From assembly GCA_050613775.1 (NCBI GenBank), contig JBODTK010000001.1, forward strand, positions 1,116,001-1,180,000: a stretch of DNA of 64,000 bases, read 5' to 3'. Shown here piece after piece: positions 60,097-64,000 of this stretch. The translations under genes and the position numbers were made by a program. The notes under the pieces were generated by a model. The model was not told where the DNA came from. It saw nothing but the letters and a program-made list of their open reading frames with translations, and searched no databases. This DNA comes from Neocallimastix sp. 'constans'. Its lineage: Eukaryota. Numbering within the stretch: position 1 is the stretch's first letter; each line of letters opens with the position of its first letter.

Positions 60097-63000
60097 TATT
60101 TATTATAAAATATTAAATAAAATATTAATAAAACAAAATAAAAAATTAAAATTTGATTAATATATTATTTAATTTTTTAAAATAAAATTATAAATGTAAT
60201 GTTATTATTAAAAAAATATATAAAAAATAAATAAGGATTAGATAGATATAGATAGAATTTCATTTTGATATTTATTTACATAAATTGAATTTTTTCAATA
60301 TTAATGTATTCTTAATTTTGAAGTAATAATTGTATTGCATAAATAATTAAATTATTATATACTTACTTAATATATACTATTTTAATTATTGAGTGCTATC
60401 AAAGTTCAATGATTAATTAATGAACAATATGTAATACTTTCATTTATGATAATTGTTATTTTTTAAAATATTACTAAAAAAAAATTAATGTCCAGTTAAT
60501 TAATTAAAAATAATATACATTATATTATAAATGCTTTTTTTTTTTTAATCAAATAATTTTGATTTAAATTGAATAAAAAAACATTTCATTATATATACTT
60601 TAACTTTATAATTTATTTTTATTTTTATCTTATTTTATTTTTTTTTTTATTTATTATTAATTTTTTATTAGTTTACTTTTAATATAAGAAAATTAATAAA
60701 ACAATTAATAATCCTAAAATAAAATATGTGTATTTTAATAAAATATTTGTTTATTTTTTCTTTTCTTTTCTTTGATCTTATTTTTATTTTTATTAATTGA
60801 TTGTTTTTTTTTTCTACTTTAATTTATTTTTAATAATAAAATTATAGCAATTCTTTTATAATATTTATTTTAATATTCAAATAATAAAAAATAAATTTTT
60901 CAATTTAAAATTACTAAAAATTTAAAATTAATCCATAATTATAAAGTTATTTAAAGATTTGAGATAAAAATAAAAAAAAAAATAAAAGAAGTAAAAAAAT
61001 AAAAAATTCGAAAATTATATAAAATTATAAACATTAATTTATTATTTTATTAATTTAATCTTTTTTTTTTTTTTTTGTTTTGTTTGTTTTATTAATATTA
61101 TTTATTTCCTATATTATATTTATATATTAATTATAATTTATTTAAATATTATATTTTACATATATTATAATTATAATCAATATTTAATAATATTAATAAT
61201 ATAAATAACAATAAAATATTATTAATATTAATAATAGTAAATCATTGTTTAAACACTAATAATTAAAAATTGAAAAGCTTAGATATAACAATAAAAATAA
61301 TAAAGATTGTATAATATATTTCAAAAATAAAACTAATAATAATAATAACGAAACAAACAAAGCAGAGTAAATTATTTAATAGAAATTTAGGCTAAAAGTT
61401 TGTTTAACTGCTTTCTAATAAAACCATTCTTACTACTCCAAAATTATATATATAAATAAAAAAAAAAAATAAAAATTCTAAAACTAAAAAATAATATATG
61501 CATATTATTAGAACCATATATATATATTAATTCTATATATTGTTAATTTATATATTATAAAATCCAAAACAAAAATAAACAATTATGGATTAAATGGAAA
61601 ATTTTATTATTTGCTAAACATTAAAAATTATACAAAGTCTATTTAATAGTAAATTTAAAATGATAAAAAAGTGTAATTAATAATAAATTTTACAATAATT
61701 ATTATTATTTGTTACACATGATTTAATAAAAAACATTTTACACTTTTATATTATTTAAATTAAATATATTATTTACGTATATATAAATAAATCAACATCT
61801 ATATACTAAATATATTATTATACTATTTATTATATTAAATATAAATTTTAAGATTAAATTGGCATATTCTTTATTTTATAATTAAAAAAAAAAAAAAAAA
61901 AAAAAAAAGAATTAAATATCAAATCACAATAATAAAAATATTATATATTAAAAATATATTGTTCTATATATGATTAATATGTAAATTTAATTAATATATT
62001 ATATAATATATTATAATATACAATATAAAAAATTTAATTTAATATAAAAAAAAAAAAGGAATTGCAAATGGTGAATTAAAAAATAAGGTTTTTTTTTCTT
62101 CTTTTCTTCTTTTTTTTTTTTTTTTTTTGATGAAGCTAAAGTGAAAATTTTTGTAAAGAAAAATTATATAATTTTCAATATAATTATTTAAATAAAAATA
62201 AAGAATTATAAAAAAAAAAAAAAAAAAATTGAACTCTATATATGATTTAGATAAAAAAAAAGAGAGAGAAAATATCATAAAAAAAAAATTTTTTTTTTTA
62301 ATTTTTATATAAAAAAAATTAGTGAATAATTATATTAATTTATAAATTAATGTAAATTTAAAGCGGTTTGTCAAACTATAATTATAAAATGTTCCCTAAA
62401 ATAAGGAAAATAGATTAATTTATATTATATAAATAAATTATGATTAAATTTCATTATATTAAAAAAATATAACCGTGACGGTTGTAGTAATGATAATTTT
62501 TTTTTTTTTTGTTTATGTATTTTATTAAAATGTGATTTATTACTAATATGTAGCAAATATTTGAATTAATGAATAACAATAATCATGATTTTAATTAATA
62601 AAATAATAACGAATAAAAATAATATTTAGTTGTAGAAGATAATATATAATTTTGTTAATATTAATAATATATTAAATATTATGAATTTAATTATATAATA
62701 AAGATAATTTAATAACAAATAGCAATAATTAAGATTATATAAAAATAAAGATATTATATTAACAAAAAATAATAATATATATTTTATAATAATAATAACT
62801 TTTTTTTTTTTTTGATAATCTTTACATTATATTTGTAATTATTATAATAATTTCAAATCACTATCCTTAATAAAAAATACTATACTGTATTAGACTTTTA
62901 TTACCAGTTTTTTTTTATATATAAAATTATATTATTATTATTTCTAATTTACAGTAAGTCGTTTGATTAAATCAGTAAATACATATATGTAAGTAATAAA

Positions 63001-63170
63001 TAATAATAAAATAATAATAGGATAATAAAAAATTATTTAATATTTAACATTTATGGAGTTTAAAAGGATTTCTGTCTTTTTTGTAAAAAAAAAAAAAAAA
63101 AAAAAAAAGAATCCAAAAAGGAAAAAAAACTTCTGTTTATTTTTTATCTCATTAACTCATTTGTTTTATG

Positions 63171-63214
<44 letters not shown>

Positions 63215-63408
63215 TTATTATTATTGTAGTTGTTGTCTATTAATAAAGTAAATTGATTAAATAAAAATATTATCTAATAACAAAGCTAAATAATTAAATA
63301 ATATAAATAATTAAATAATATTAAAATATAAAATAAAAATTTTAAAGTTGGAATGAAAATAATAAAATAATAAGAAAATAACAAGAAAATAATAATTAAA
63401 TAATAATA

Positions 63409-63467
<59 letters not shown>

Positions 63468-64000
63468 TTAACAAAAAAATAAAAATAAATAAATAAATAA
63501 ATAAAATTTTAGGATGTGGATTAAGGTACATCAATTATTTTAATTATTTTAATTTTTTTATTTTAATTTTTTTTTTTTTTTTTTTTAGATTAGGAATAAA
63601 CTTTATTTAATAATATTTATTAAAAATTAAATAAATAAATAAAGATAAAATGAAAAATTTTATGTATAAATGAACATTATTTTAAATAGTAATTAAGTTA
63701 AATATATATAATGATATATTATATAAAAAATAAATGTGTATTTATAGGTAATGATTACATTATTACATTGAATACCTTTTTTTTTTTTCTTGAGTTTGAA
63801 TGGAAATAATAATAAAAAAAAAAATAAATAATAAATAAATAAAATAAATAAATAAAATAAATAAATAAAATAAATAAATAAAATAAATAAAAAAAAAGAT
63901 AATTTAAAAAAAAAAAAAAAACATATATATTAAATATAACTAATTAATAGAAAAATTTTATTATATTATTTATTATTTATTATTTATTATATTTTTTATT

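Overview
Extremely AT-rich, intron-containing eukaryotic DNA. Composition, (AAT)n/poly-A tracts, short GT-AG introns and gene content point to an anaerobic gut fungus (Neocallimastigomycota); this assignment is inference. Host genes: RPL36, a TBC-domain Rab-GAP, a secreted Pro/Cys/Gly-repeat protein, an SSX2IP/ADIP/Msd1 homologue, a long-chain acyl-CoA ligase, an intronless bacterial-type DUF1846 gene (probable horizontal transfer) and a Ste11/Byr2-type MAPKKK. Two clusters of non-LTR retrotransposons are present (7.3-13.8 kb and 44.8-52.6 kb). One copy is intact: 5.3 kb, 12-bp target-site duplication, poly(A) tail and a single 1461-aa ORF (RRM-like domain, Ser linker, APE endonuclease, RT, CCHC, extra C-terminal domain). 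It has a highly structured 5' leader, a UGUA cluster, and 3' nucleotide motifs shared with several divergent relatives in the window. An isolated structured GC-enriched island at 34.6-34.9 kb is a candidate ncRNA I cannot assign to a family. All exon coordinates and base-pairings were read by eye.
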